Assembly (NCBI GenBank): GCA_965242525.1
Contig: OZ251459.1
Span: 1,760,001 to 1,824,000, forward strand
From: an uncultured Candidatus Binatia bacterium
GTDB taxonomy: Bacteria; Desulfobacterota; Binatia; UBA9968; JAJDTQ01
Length of the DNA: 64,000 nucleotides
Direction: 5' to 3'
How positions within the stretch are numbered: the first letter of the stretch is position 1; each line of letters opens with the position of its first letter. A program made the translations under genes and the position numbers. Of this stretch, positions 26,243 through 35,515 are shown one piece after another. Under the pieces are notes generated by a model. The model did no database searches, had not been told where the DNA came from, and saw nothing but the letters and a program-made list of their open reading frames with translations.

Positions 26243-28417
26243 ATGAAACAGGTGGTCCAGAACGCCAGGAGCGGAGAGCTCACCCTCAGAACGGTCCCGG
26301 ACCCGCAGGTCCGGCCGGGCCATCTGCTGGTAAGGTCCCGGGCGTCGTTGATCTCCGCAGGCACCGAACGCGATGTCGTCAGGTTCGCCCGGAAGAACCT
26401 GATCGAGAAGGCGCGCGCGCGACCGGACCTGGTCCGCCAGACCATCGGCAAGTTCCGGCGAGACGGGCTGGCCGAGACCGCCAGGACGGTGATGACGCGC
26501 CTGGACGAGCCGACGCCGCTGGGCTATTCCGCGGCCGGCGTCGTGGCTCAGGTCGGAGCCGGACTGGAGGGTCGATACCGGCCGGGGCAACGAGTCGCCG
26601 TCTCCGGCGCCGGCTGGGCAAACCACGCCGAGTGGAACGCCGTTCCGGAAAACCTGGCGGCGCCCGTTCCCGACGGCGTCCCGGACGAAGAAGCTTGCTA
26701 CGCTTCCGTGTGCGCCATCGCCCTGCACGGCGTACGCTTGACACGGCCCGAACTGGGCGCTTGGTGCGCCGTCATCGGGGTGGGGCTGGTGGGACAGCTT
26801 GCCGCACAGTTCCTGGCCCTGTCCGGCGTGCGGGTCCTGGCCCTCGACTTCGACCCGGGTCGCCTGGAGCTTGCCCGACGCCTCGGCGCGGAACGGACCT
26901 GCGACCTGAAGCGCGGAGACCCCGGGGCCGCGGCCATGGAGGCAACGGACGGCCTGGGCTGCGACGCAGTGGTCATCGCCGCGGCCACCCTGTCGAGCGC
27001 TCCCTTCGAGACCGCTGCGCGGGTGGCCCGGGACCGGGCGGTGGTGTCGCTCATCGGGCACACGGGCACCGAGTTCCCCTTCCGCGAGTTCATGCGGAAG
27101 GAGCTTACCGTCACGGCGTCCCGGTCCCTCGGTCCGGGCCGGTACGATCCGGACTACGAGAACCACGGAGTGAAGTATCCCCCCGGTTTCGTGCGCTGGA
27201 CCGAGACCGAGAACCTGAAAGCCTCGCTGGACCTGATGCGGCCGGGACGGGGACGCCGCCTGGACCCCGGGGCGCTGACCACCCACCGGTTCACCTTCGA
27301 ACGCGCGGAAACCGCCTATGCGTTGGTCGTGGGCGGAGCCGAGCCGCACCTGGGAGTGGTCCTCCAGTACGACGAGTCCGAACCCGAGGCGCACAGCGTC
27401 CACCTTGCGCCCACAGCGGCCAAACGGTCGTTCGCGAAACGGGAACGCTGCGTCCTCGGCGTCATCGGCGCCGGAACCTTTGCGCGCACGACGCTGTTGC
27501 CGGCGCTGAAGAAGATCCCCCACTGCGAGATGCATACCGTCGCCACCTCCCGCGGCGTCTCCGCCGAGCACGGCCAGCGGCGCTTCGGCTTTGCCCGGGC
27601 AACCACCGACGAGGCCGCGGTCTTCGACGACCCCGACATCAACGCGGTCCTGCTGGCGACGCCGCACAGTCTGCACGCCGGCCAGACCGTACGCGCCCTG
27701 AACGCCGGCAAGCACGTCTTCGTCGAGAAGCCCCTGTCCCTCTCCAGGGAGGAACTCCGGGAGGTGGTCGCCGCCCGACGCTCGTCCCCGGCTTTCTTCC
27801 AGGTCGGTTTCAACCGACGTTTCGCGCCCCTGAGCCTGGCCGCCCAGGCGCATCTGGCAACCCTGCCGGGACGACGGCACGTCCTCTTGCGCGTCAACGC
27901 CGGCCGTCTCCCGGACCACCACTGGCAGGCCGAAGCGAACGAGGGCCGCGGGAGGATCCTCGGCGAAGCCTGCCACTTCATCGACCTCGGAGCCTTCCTC
28001 GCAGGCGCGCCCCTGGTGTCGGTCCACGCCGAGGCCGCGGCGGGCGGCGACCCGTGCGAGGACGTGACCATCATCGGGGAACTGGCGGACGGAAGCCTCG
28101 TCACCGTGTTCTACACGGCCCTCGGCGACCCCGCCCACGGAAAGGAGATGATCGAAGCCTACGCGGGGGGCAGCGTGGTCAGGATCGAGGACTTCCGGCA
28201 GTTGACCATTGCCGGGAAGGGCCGGGTTCGAAAGAAGAAGTCGCGCCTCGGACAGGACAAGGGCCACGGCGCAGAACTGCGGGCGTTCGTGGACGCGGTG
28301 GTTGCCGGCGGCCCGCCGCCCGTCGAAGAGGCGCAACTCGTCAATTCCAGCCTCGCAACCATCGCGGTCCCGGAGTCCTTGGCCAAGGGGACGCGGGTGG
28401 TCCTGGAGCCGCTTTGA
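26243..28417 (+). CDS. Bi-domain oxidoreductase (Zn-ADH-like + Gfo/Idh/MocA)
   Basis: SLISAGTE, GVGLVG, SLGPGRYD, GAGTFA, HVFVEKP, VGFNRRF, GEACHFID. Confidence 0.92.
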   Translation: MKQVVQNARSGELTLRTVPDPQVRPGHLLVRSRASLISAGTERDVVRFARKNLIEKARARPDLVRQTIGKFRRDGLAETARTVMTRLDEPTPLGYSAAGVVAQVGAGLEGRYRPGQRVAVSGAGWANHAEWNAVPENLAAPVPDGVPDEEACYASVCAIALHGVRLTRPELGAWCAVIGVGLVGQLAAQFLALSGVRVLALDFDPGRLELARRLGAERTCDLKRGDPGAAAMEATDGLGCDAVVIAAATLSSAPFETAARVARDRAVVSLIGHTGTEFPFREFMRKELTVTASRSLGPGRYDPDYENHGVKYPPGFVRWTETENLKASLDLMRPGRGRRLDPGALTTHRFTFERAETAYALVVGGAEPHLGVVLQYDESEPEAHSVHLAPTAAKRSFAKRERCVLGVIGAGTFARTTLLPALKKIPHCEMHTVATSRGVSAEHGQRRFGFARATTDEAAVFDDPDINAVLLATPHSLHAGQTVRALNAGKHVFVEKPLSLSREELREVVAARRSSPAFFQVGFNRRFAPLSLAAQAHLATLPGRRHVLLRVNAGRLPDHHWQAEANEGRGRILGEACHFIDLGAFLAGAPLVSVHAEAAAGGDPCEDVTIIGELADGSLVTVFYTALGDPAHGKEMIEAYAGGSVVRIEDFRQLTIAGKGRVRKKKSRLGQDKGHGAELRAFVDAVVAGGPPPVEEAQLVNSSLATIAVPESLAKGTRVVLEPL

Positions 28418-28668
28418 TGGCGAGACTCTTCCCGAGAGCGGTCCGACGTCCGGGATCCGGTGAACCCGACGCGAACCCTGTCCCCTTTCCGGGTAACCTC
28501 ATCGAGATGCCCCCCCCCCCCCCCCCCCCCATAAAAACACCGGCCGGGAGAGGACCGGAAATGACGAAGGTCGGCAGCAGCGAGACGCAGGCCATGGACC
28601 TGCAACCGGGGGACCCGGTCCTGAGGTCGTCGGCCGTGAGCGCAGGAACGGACATGGAGTCTCCTTGA
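28417..28668 (+). CDS. Putative 83-codon bridging ORF containing a poly-C tract
   Basis: ATG overlaps the upstream TGA (TGATG); its TGA overlaps the downstream TTG start (TTGA); no recognisable domain. Confidence 0.4.
   Translation: MARLFPRAVRRPGSGEPDANPVPFPGNLIEMPPPPPPPIKTPAGRGPEMTKVGSSETQAMDLQPGDPVLRSSAVSAGTDMESP
28510..28530. repeat. C21 homopolymer
   Basis: Counted directly. Confidence 0.95.
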
Positions 28669-30500
28669 GCGCCCTTCGCACGTGGCGGGCGGTCCGACAC
28701 ATGAGGCCCGAACAGGTCGTCCAGCGCCTGGTCTGCCGGGGCCGCTTCCATTACATGAGCCGGTTTCCGACGCGCGCCTGGCGTTCGGTGGACCGGGACG
28801 CGAACCGACTGCCGCTGCCGGATCCGACGAACCCGCTTCTCGGGCGCGTTGCGCAGCGTGTGCTGCAATTGCAGCACGCGGTCCACGGGCGTCGTCCGGA
28901 CGGCGTCGGCGAGGGCAGGTTCACCCTGCTGGGACGGACCATCGACTTCGGCGGCGTCGAGGCCGTCGAGTGGCGGCGCGAACTGAACGAAGGCAACAAC
29001 GCCCTGTGGCGCATGAACCTCTCCTATTTCGGCTACGCGGCGCCGCTGCTGGCCACGGGCGACGAACGGGCGCTGGAAGCGGTCCATTCGCTGGTGCGCT
29101 CCCTGGAACGCCAGAACCCCTTTGCCGCAAGGGGCGTGTTCCGGGACGTCTGGAACCCCTACAGCGCCAGCCACCGCCTGATCAACCTGCTGGCGGGGCT
29201 GCACCTGTTCCGGCGCAACGCCGCACGAGCCGGCTCTGCGCGCCGTATGGAGGCGCAAGCATTCCTGTTGCATCACGTCAGGTTCTGCGCTATCCTTGTG
29301 CGACGCACTTTGGAACGTGACCTGCAATACAACCATCTGCTGAAGAATTACGTCGCTCTGGTGGTGTATGCCTGCGGTCTGGGGGGATTACCGGCAGCTT
29401 GGCGTTTCCTGAACAGGACGACACCGGCATGCGTCGAGTCGCAAGTACTCGACGATGGCGGTCACGCCGAACGGTGTCCCATGTACCACGTTCTCTCGAT
29501 CCTGGACATGATGGTGCTTGCGGACGCTGGTGTGCTCGACCAAGCGGCGTCGCGGAGGATCGAGCCGCAGCTTGCACGGATGCAACGGGCCCTTGAGGTG
29601 ATGATGCACCCCGATGGCGACATCGCGCTGTTCAACGATTCCTGGATCGGCGAGGCGCCTCCCGGCCATGCGTTGACCGGATCCGAAGGCGCCGGGTCAG
29701 GGACGCTTGCCCTGGAGCAATCGGGCTACGTCCAGCTCAGGTTCGGCAAGGACGCCGCGATCTTCGACTGCGGAGCGTGCGGACCGGACGACAACCCCGC
29801 CCATGCCCATGCGGACTTTCTCGCCGTGGAGCTTTCCATCGCGGGCCGCCGCTTCCTGGTGGACTTCGGCGTGCCCACCTATTCCGCCGGCACCCTGAGG
29901 GACATGGCGCGGTCGGCGAGCGCGCACAACGGTCCCCGTTTCGAGGGCGTCGATCCCATGGAGTTCTGGCTGTCGTTCCGGGTCGGACGCAGGGGCCGCG
30001 CCCACCGCATCACTGCTCTCGGCCACGAGCCGGATACGCCGCTCTGGTGCGCGGGTTGGCAAGACGGCTATTCGACCATCTCCGCGACGGTGGCCCGAGG
30101 CTTGGCGCTGTATCCGGGCCAGGGCCTGCTGATCGTGGACGTCTGGCGCGGGGGCGCAGGACACGAGGCCGTCGTGGACTTCCTGGTGTCCGATGCGTGG
30201 GTCCCCGGCCAACCCGGGCGCTTCGAGCTCGCGGAGGGCCAACCCGGACGGGAAGTCCGGTTCGACGCCGTTGCCGGTTCCATCGAAGATCCGGCTCCGG
30301 CGCAACACTGGCCGAAGTTCGGCGAGCCGCACTTGGCCCATCGGTTGCACGTTCGCCCTATCGGACACGACGAAAGGCGATGGGCCGCGGTGTGGATCGG
30401 TTGGGGCAGCGAAGGGAAGGGCGCGGAAGCGGCAACCCCGTTGCGGGACGCCCTGTTCGATGCGCTCGATACCGATGGCAAACGGAGACGGGCCGCATGA
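28665..30500 (+). CDS. Heparinase II/III-like protein
   Basis: DLQYNHLLKN, DGGHAERCPMYH, HPDGDIALFND, HAHAD, AHN. Confidence 0.9.
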   Translation: MSALRTWRAVRHMRPEQVVQRLVCRGRFHYMSRFPTRAWRSVDRDANRLPLPDPTNPLLGRVAQRVLQLQHAVHGRRPDGVGEGRFTLLGRTIDFGGVEAVEWRRELNEGNNALWRMNLSYFGYAAPLLATGDERALEAVHSLVRSLERQNPFAARGVFRDVWNPYSASHRLINLLAGLHLFRRNAARAGSARRMEAQAFLLHHVRFCAILVRRTLERDLQYNHLLKNYVALVVYACGLGGLPAAWRFLNRTTPACVESQVLDDGGHAERCPMYHVLSILDMMVLADAGVLDQAASRRIEPQLARMQRALEVMMHPDGDIALFNDSWIGEAPPGHALTGSEGAGSGTLALEQSGYVQLRFGKDAAIFDCGACGPDDNPAHAHADFLAVELSIAGRRFLVDFGVPTYSAGTLRDMARSASAHNGPRFEGVDPMEFWLSFRVGRRGRAHRITALGHEPDTPLWCAGWQDGYSTISATVARGLALYPGQGLLIVDVWRGGAGHEAVVDFLVSDAWVPGQPGRFELAEGQPGREVRFDAVAGSIEDPAPAQHWPKFGEPHLAHRLHVRPIGHDERRWAAVWIGWGSEGKGAEAATPLRDALFDALDTDGKRRRAA

Positions 30501-31783
30501 AAATCATCGTGTACGGACTCGGATACGTGGGGACAGCTACCGCTGCCTGTCTCATGGCGCAAGGTCACCGCGTCGCCGGCATCGATGTGGACGCGGCCAA
30601 GAACGAGGCATTCGCGTCCGGCAGGTCGCCTGTGGGCGAGACGGGGACCGACGAATTGTTGAGCACCGCCCGGACCAACGGACGCATCCTCGAAACGTCT
30701 GCGGTCGCCGACCACGTCATGGACGCGGATGCCGTACTGGTATGCGTAGGGACACCGATCGGGCCCGACGGAACGCCGGACCTGTCACAGGTCCTGGCCG
30801 TCACCGATGAGTGCGGAGCCGCGCTGAAGCGCCGTCCGTCCCATGCGCCTCCGGTCACGGTGGCCTACCGCAGCACCATGCTGCCCGGGTCCATGGAAGA
30901 GATCGTGATCCCCGAGCTGGCCCGGCGCGCCGGCGCGCCGGGCGAACACTACGAGGTCGTCTACAACCCCGAGTTCCTGCGCGAAGGCACGGCCATAGAG
31001 GACTTTTTCGATCCTCCCAGAATCGTCATCGGGGAACGGGTTCCCGGCAGCGCCCAGTGTCTGAAAGGGATGTATAGCCGCATCGAGGCGCCCGTCTTCG
31101 AGGTTCCGTTGGCCGTGGCGGAAGTGCTCAAGTACGCCGACAACGGTTTCCATGCCCTCAAGGTCGCCTTTGCCAACGAGCTCGGGCGGCTGGCCCACTC
31201 GCTGGGGGTCCCCGTTCATTCGATGTCCGAGGTCTTCCTGGCGGACACGAAGCTGAACGTGTCGCCGGCCTATCTGCGCCCCGGCGGAGCGTTCGGCGGT
31301 TCCTGTCTGCCCAAGGACGTGCTCGCCTTGACCACCTACCTGAAAAGGAACGAAATCCGTGCGCCGTTGATCGAGAGCATCCTGGCCAGTAACGACATAC
31401 ACCAGGAATACCTTGCGGAGTACGCGACTACACGCGTTTCACCGGGCGGACATATCCTGCTCCTGGGCATGAGCTTCAAACCCGGCACCGACGACCTTCG
31501 CGGAAGCCCGTTGGTGGATTTGGCGGAACGACTGCTGGACAAGGGGTTCCGGCTGACCATCCACGATCCCGACGTGCATCCCGAACGACTGACGGGGATG
31601 AACCTCGACCTCGCCCAAACACGCCTGCGCCATCTTTTCGCGCTGTTGACCGACGACCTGGAGAAGGCCTGGGACACCGCCGACCTGATCGTGGTCGGCA
31701 AGACCATGCCCCATCTGGCAGACCGCCTTGGCGGCGATGCAAGGTCCGTCTCGCTGGATCGTCTGAACGGCCGCATGCCATGA
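30497..31783 (+). CDS. Nucleotide-sugar 6-dehydrogenase (GDP-mannose dehydrogenase AlgD-like)
   Basis: GLGYVG, CVGTP, NPEFLREG, KVAFANE, FGGSCLPKD, FKPGTDDLR; ATGA overlap. Confidence 0.92.
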   Translation: MKIIVYGLGYVGTATAACLMAQGHRVAGIDVDAAKNEAFASGRSPVGETGTDELLSTARTNGRILETSAVADHVMDADAVLVCVGTPIGPDGTPDLSQVLAVTDECGAALKRRPSHAPPVTVAYRSTMLPGSMEEIVIPELARRAGAPGEHYEVVYNPEFLREGTAIEDFFDPPRIVIGERVPGSAQCLKGMYSRIEAPVFEVPLAVAEVLKYADNGFHALKVAFANELGRLAHSLGVPVHSMSEVFLADTKLNVSPAYLRPGGAFGGSCLPKDVLALTTYLKRNEIRAPLIESILASNDIHQEYLAEYATTRVSPGGHILLLGMSFKPGTDDLRGSPLVDLAERLLDKGFRLTIHDPDVHPERLTGMNLDLAQTRLRHLFALLTDDLEKAWDTADLIVVGKTMPHLADRLGGDARSVSLDRLNGRMP

Positions 31784-33147
31784 CCCGCTCCGCGGCCCGA
31801 GCGAGCACGAACGACGACACCCGTCCCGTAGCGCCCAGCGGTATTCCGCGTTGGATGAACGTGGAAAGGGCGCCGCGGCCCATGAGCATCGCCGTCGTGT
31901 GCCCGCGTTTCCCGTTGCCCATGACCCGGGCCGACCAGATGACCGTCGCGCACCTGCTGGCGTTCCTGTCCGCCCGCGGCCACAGCGTGGACCTCTACAG
32001 CCTGACCGATGGCGCCCCGTCCTCCGGCCGGCAGCGCCAATGGGTCGCCAGCCGGTGCCGCCATGTGACCGTTTTCGCCCAGCCTCCGTGGCGCAGGGTC
32101 ACCGGCGCCCTCCGGGCCTTGTTGCGCGGCCTGCCGCTACAGGTGGGCTGGTTCGACAACCCGCATCTCAAGCGCTCGCTTCGTCGGCCGTCCCGCCCAC
32201 GGCATGACGTGATCTACGGCTACACGCTTCGCAGCGGGGAGGCGGTTCGAGGACTGGGCCGGCAATCCAACGGGCGGACGCGCGAGGACGACGATCATCG
32301 CCCCGTGACCTACTTGGCCATGCAGGTGTCGCAATCACTCAATACCAGACGCATTGCCGCAAACGCGCCCGGATGGCGGGAAAGGCTGATCTATCGACTG
32401 GAACATCTGCTGACCGCAGCGTACGAAGCGCGCATCTGGAGAGAGTTCACGCGAACCGTGCTCATCGGCGACGCCGACGCACGCGAGATCCGGCAGGTTT
32501 GCGCCTACAGGGGCGTGCCCGCCATCGACAACTACTTCCTGTCGCCGCACGGCGTCGATGCGGACCGTTTCCATCCGTACCACAACTCGCACGCGGATCC
32601 CTGCACCCTGGCCTTTGCCGGCGTGTTGGCCACCAACACCAACGTGAACGCGGTGCTGTGGTTCGTGGAGCACGTCTGGCCCAGGGTGCGCACCGAGTTT
32701 CCCCTTGCCAGATTCGTCATCGTCGGCCGCATGCCGAGACCGGAGATCCTCGCCCTCGACAAGCGTCCGGGGATCACGGTCACGGGCGAGGTGCCCGAGC
32801 CGGCCGATTACCTCGGACGGGCGACGGTCTGCGTCAACCCCATGCAGGCGGGCGCCGGAATGCAGAACAAGCTGCTGGAATACATGTCCATGGGCAAGGC
32901 CGTGGTCGCCACGTCGCTGGCCAACGAGGGAGTCCGGGCCCGGCCCGGCAGCGAAATACTGATCGCCGACGGCGCGGACGAATTCGCCGCGGCGGTCGTT
33001 TCCCTGCTGCGCGACGGCAAACGGCGCGAAGCCCTCGGCCGGGCCGCCCGGGCCCGGATGATGCGCGAGTGGAGTTGGGAGGCGCACTTCCTGAAACTGG
33101 AATCGGACATGGTGGAGCAGGTGGAATCACCGAACGGATCCGGTTGA
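31780..33147 (+). CDS. Glycosyltransferase family 4
   Basis: HGVD, GAGMQNKLLEYMSMGKAVV; ATGA overlap. Confidence 0.88.
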   Translation: MTRSAARASTNDDTRPVAPSGIPRWMNVERAPRPMSIAVVCPRFPLPMTRADQMTVAHLLAFLSARGHSVDLYSLTDGAPSSGRQRQWVASRCRHVTVFAQPPWRRVTGALRALLRGLPLQVGWFDNPHLKRSLRRPSRPRHDVIYGYTLRSGEAVRGLGRQSNGRTREDDDHRPVTYLAMQVSQSLNTRRIAANAPGWRERLIYRLEHLLTAAYEARIWREFTRTVLIGDADAREIRQVCAYRGVPAIDNYFLSPHGVDADRFHPYHNSHADPCTLAFAGVLATNTNVNAVLWFVEHVWPRVRTEFPLARFVIVGRMPRPEILALDKRPGITVTGEVPEPADYLGRATVCVNPMQAGAGMQNKLLEYMSMGKAVVATSLANEGVRARPGSEILIADGADEFAAAVVSLLRDGKRREALGRAARARMMREWSWEAHFLKLESDMVEQVESPNGSG

Positions 33148-33163
33148 ACGTCACGGGCGCGGT

Positions 33164-34315
33164 TTGGATTACACGAAAGCACCGCTTGGGTTCCGGCTCC
33201 GCAAGGTCCTTCGCTACACCCGCATGTACGGCATATCCCGGACTCTGGCCAAGGTCCGTGGACACTACCACATGCGCGCCCGTTACGACCATCTTCCGGC
33301 GGGCAAGAAGGCCGGTTCCGGCGTCGCCCACGTGGGTTTGATCGGGTGCGGCAATTTCGGCTTCAGCGCCATTGCCCATATCCTGACGAAGGAGGCGGGG
33401 CCGGTTCTCCGCGGCGTGATGGACAGCAACGCACACCGCGCCGCGTCGCTGTTCGAGCGCTACCGCGCCGATTACCACACCACCGACGCGGATGAAGTGC
33501 TGTCCGACCCCGCCATCGACCTCATCTACGTTGCCTCGAACCACGCCAGCCATGCGGAGTACGCCGTTGCCGCCATCGAGGCCGGCAAGGCGGTGCACAT
33601 CGAGAAGCCCCACGTGGTCAACGAGGACCAGCTTCGCCGCCTGCTGGCCGCAGCCGCAGCGGCGGACGACCCCCGCGTCCGGCTGGGCTTCAACCGTCCC
33701 GTGAGCCCGTTCGGACTGCGCGTGCTGGCGGCCATGGAAGCGGAGAAGGGAGCCGGCATCATCAACTGGTTCGTGGCGGGTCACCGGATCGACCGGGACC
33801 ACTGGTACTTCCACCCGTCCGAAGGGGGCCGCGTGCTCGGCAACCTGTGCCACTGGACGGACTTCACCATGCAGATGATTCCGGAGGGCAGACGCTACCC
33901 CATCCGGATCATTCCCGGGAGATCCGATACCAGCGACTGCGACATCGCCGTATCCTATGTCTTCGCGGACGGATCCATTGCAGCCATCACCTTCTCCGCG
34001 AAGGGCCACAGTTTCGAGGGCGTGCGGGAGAAGCTGCACGTCCACAAGGGCGACATCCTGGTCTCGCTGGCCGACTTCAGGGATCTCGCCATCGAAAACG
34101 GGCCCCGCAAGGAACGCCACCGCCCGCTGTTCCGACAGCACGGGCACCGACAATCCATCCTGGCAAGCTATGGGATGAGCGCACGGGGCGGGCGCACGGA
34201 GGGCTGCGGCCTCAACTACGTGCGCCAGACCGCCGAACTCTTCCTCGCCACCCGCTCGGCGCTGGAGTCGGACCGGGAAGTCCTGCTCCACGACCCGGCT
34301 TCCGCCTCCGGTTGA
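33164..34315 (+). CDS. Gfo/Idh/MocA oxidoreductase
   Basis: IGCGNFG, HASH, HIEKP, GFNR, GNLCHW. Confidence 0.87.
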   Translation: MDYTKAPLGFRLRKVLRYTRMYGISRTLAKVRGHYHMRARYDHLPAGKKAGSGVAHVGLIGCGNFGFSAIAHILTKEAGPVLRGVMDSNAHRAASLFERYRADYHTTDADEVLSDPAIDLIYVASNHASHAEYAVAAIEAGKAVHIEKPHVVNEDQLRRLLAAAAAADDPRVRLGFNRPVSPFGLRVLAAMEAEKGAGIINWFVAGHRIDRDHWYFHPSEGGRVLGNLCHWTDFTMQMIPEGRRYPIRIIPGRSDTSDCDIAVSYVFADGSIAAITFSAKGHSFEGVREKLHVHKGDILVSLADFRDLAIENGPRKERHRPLFRQHGHRQSILASYGMSARGGRTEGCGLNYVRQTAELFLATRSALESDREVLLHDPASASG

Positions 34316-34342
34316 AACGTTCGGTTCCGGCGTCGGACAGAG

Positions 34343-35515
34343 TCATGGACTCGTGCGCAACAACGAACGGTAACGCTCCGCCATGGACGCGGCGGAGGAT
34401 TGCCACGTGTAGCGCTCCGTCACCAGCTTCCGTCCGTTGCGTCCCATGCGGACGCACAGGCCACTGTCCGACAGCAGCTTGCCGACGGCCTCGCACAACG
34501 CCGTGTCGTTCGACGGGACCACGAACCCCGCTCCATGCTCGGCCACTTCGGGGAAGTTGCACCGGTCGGAAATGACCACCGGCAAACTGGCGCCCAGTGC
34601 GTCGAGAACCGCGTTGCTGAAGCCTTCGGCGTAAGAGGGCAGGACGAACAGGTCGGCGCACTGGAACGCCGCCCGCTTGTGGTCGCCGGTCAACAGGCCG
34701 GTGAACACGGCCCGGTCCAGCAGGCCGTTGCTGCGGAGGATGGACTCCATCGCACCGCGGGCGCCCTCGTCCGGCCCCACCACCAGCAGCATGGAGTCCG
34801 GGAACTCCCTGGCCGTCATCGCGAAGCTGCGCGCCAGTACGTCCAGACCCTTGATCCAATGCAGCCGCCCGATGAAGAGAACGACGCGCTTACCCGCCAA
34901 CCTCGGGTATTCCGCCGTCAGATCCACGTTGGCGGGCGGGACCGCTTCATCGAGAAAGATCCCGTTGGGCACCAGGAAGGTCGGCGTGTGGTAACCCAGC
35001 ACGGCCGCGTGCGACGCTTCCGCCCGTGAGACGATGTGCAGGGCGTCGGCCGACCTCACGATGCCGTTCAGCAGCACTTGGCGGTAGATCCATTTCCGGT
35101 ACCTCTTGTGCCGCAGGCATACCTCGGCCAGCTCACCCCGAAGGCTGAGCACGTAGGGGAGAGCGTGCTTGCGGGCGGCGCGGAACGCCGCGTACGTGGA
35201 GTAGGACAGCGTCTGGTGGGCATGGACGAGGTCGAAGCGTCGCGCCTCGGCGTCCAGGAACGCGCCCAGTTTACGGGAGAACGCCGGCCAGAAGGACGCG
35301 GGGAACTCCGTATCGAACCGGTGGACCGGCACCCCGGGGACCGGCAATACATCGGTCTCGGCGATGGACCCCCGGGCCGTGACGATCTCGCAATGCACCC
35401 TCTGCCGGGCCAACTCCAGGGTCAGCCCCCGTACCGCCGCGGGCGCCCCTCCCAACTTCGGCGACATGCTGGGGATTACGTGCAGGACTCTCACCTTCTC
35501 AATCCACTCCTTCAC
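34343..35515 (-). CDS. Glycosyltransferase family 4
   Basis: RVLHVIP, PNGI, GRLHWIKG, LPSYAEGFS. Confidence 0.92.
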   Translation of the reverse strand: MKEWIEKVRVLHVIPSMSPKLGGAPAAVRGLTLELARQRVHCEIVTARGSIAETDVLPVPGVPVHRFDTEFPASFWPAFSRKLGAFLDAEARRFDLVHAHQTLSYSTYAAFRAARKHALPYVLSLRGELAEVCLRHKRYRKWIYRQVLLNGIVRSADALHIVSRAEASHAAVLGYHTPTFLVPNGIFLDEAVPPANVDLTAEYPRLAGKRVVLFIGRLHWIKGLDVLARSFAMTAREFPDSMLLVVGPDEGARGAMESILRSNGLLDRAVFTGLLTGDHKRAAFQCADLFVLPSYAEGFSNAVLDALGASLPVVISDRCNFPEVAEHGAGFVVPSNDTALCEAVGKLLSDSGLCVRMGRNGRKLVTERYTWQSSAASMAERYRSLLRTSP

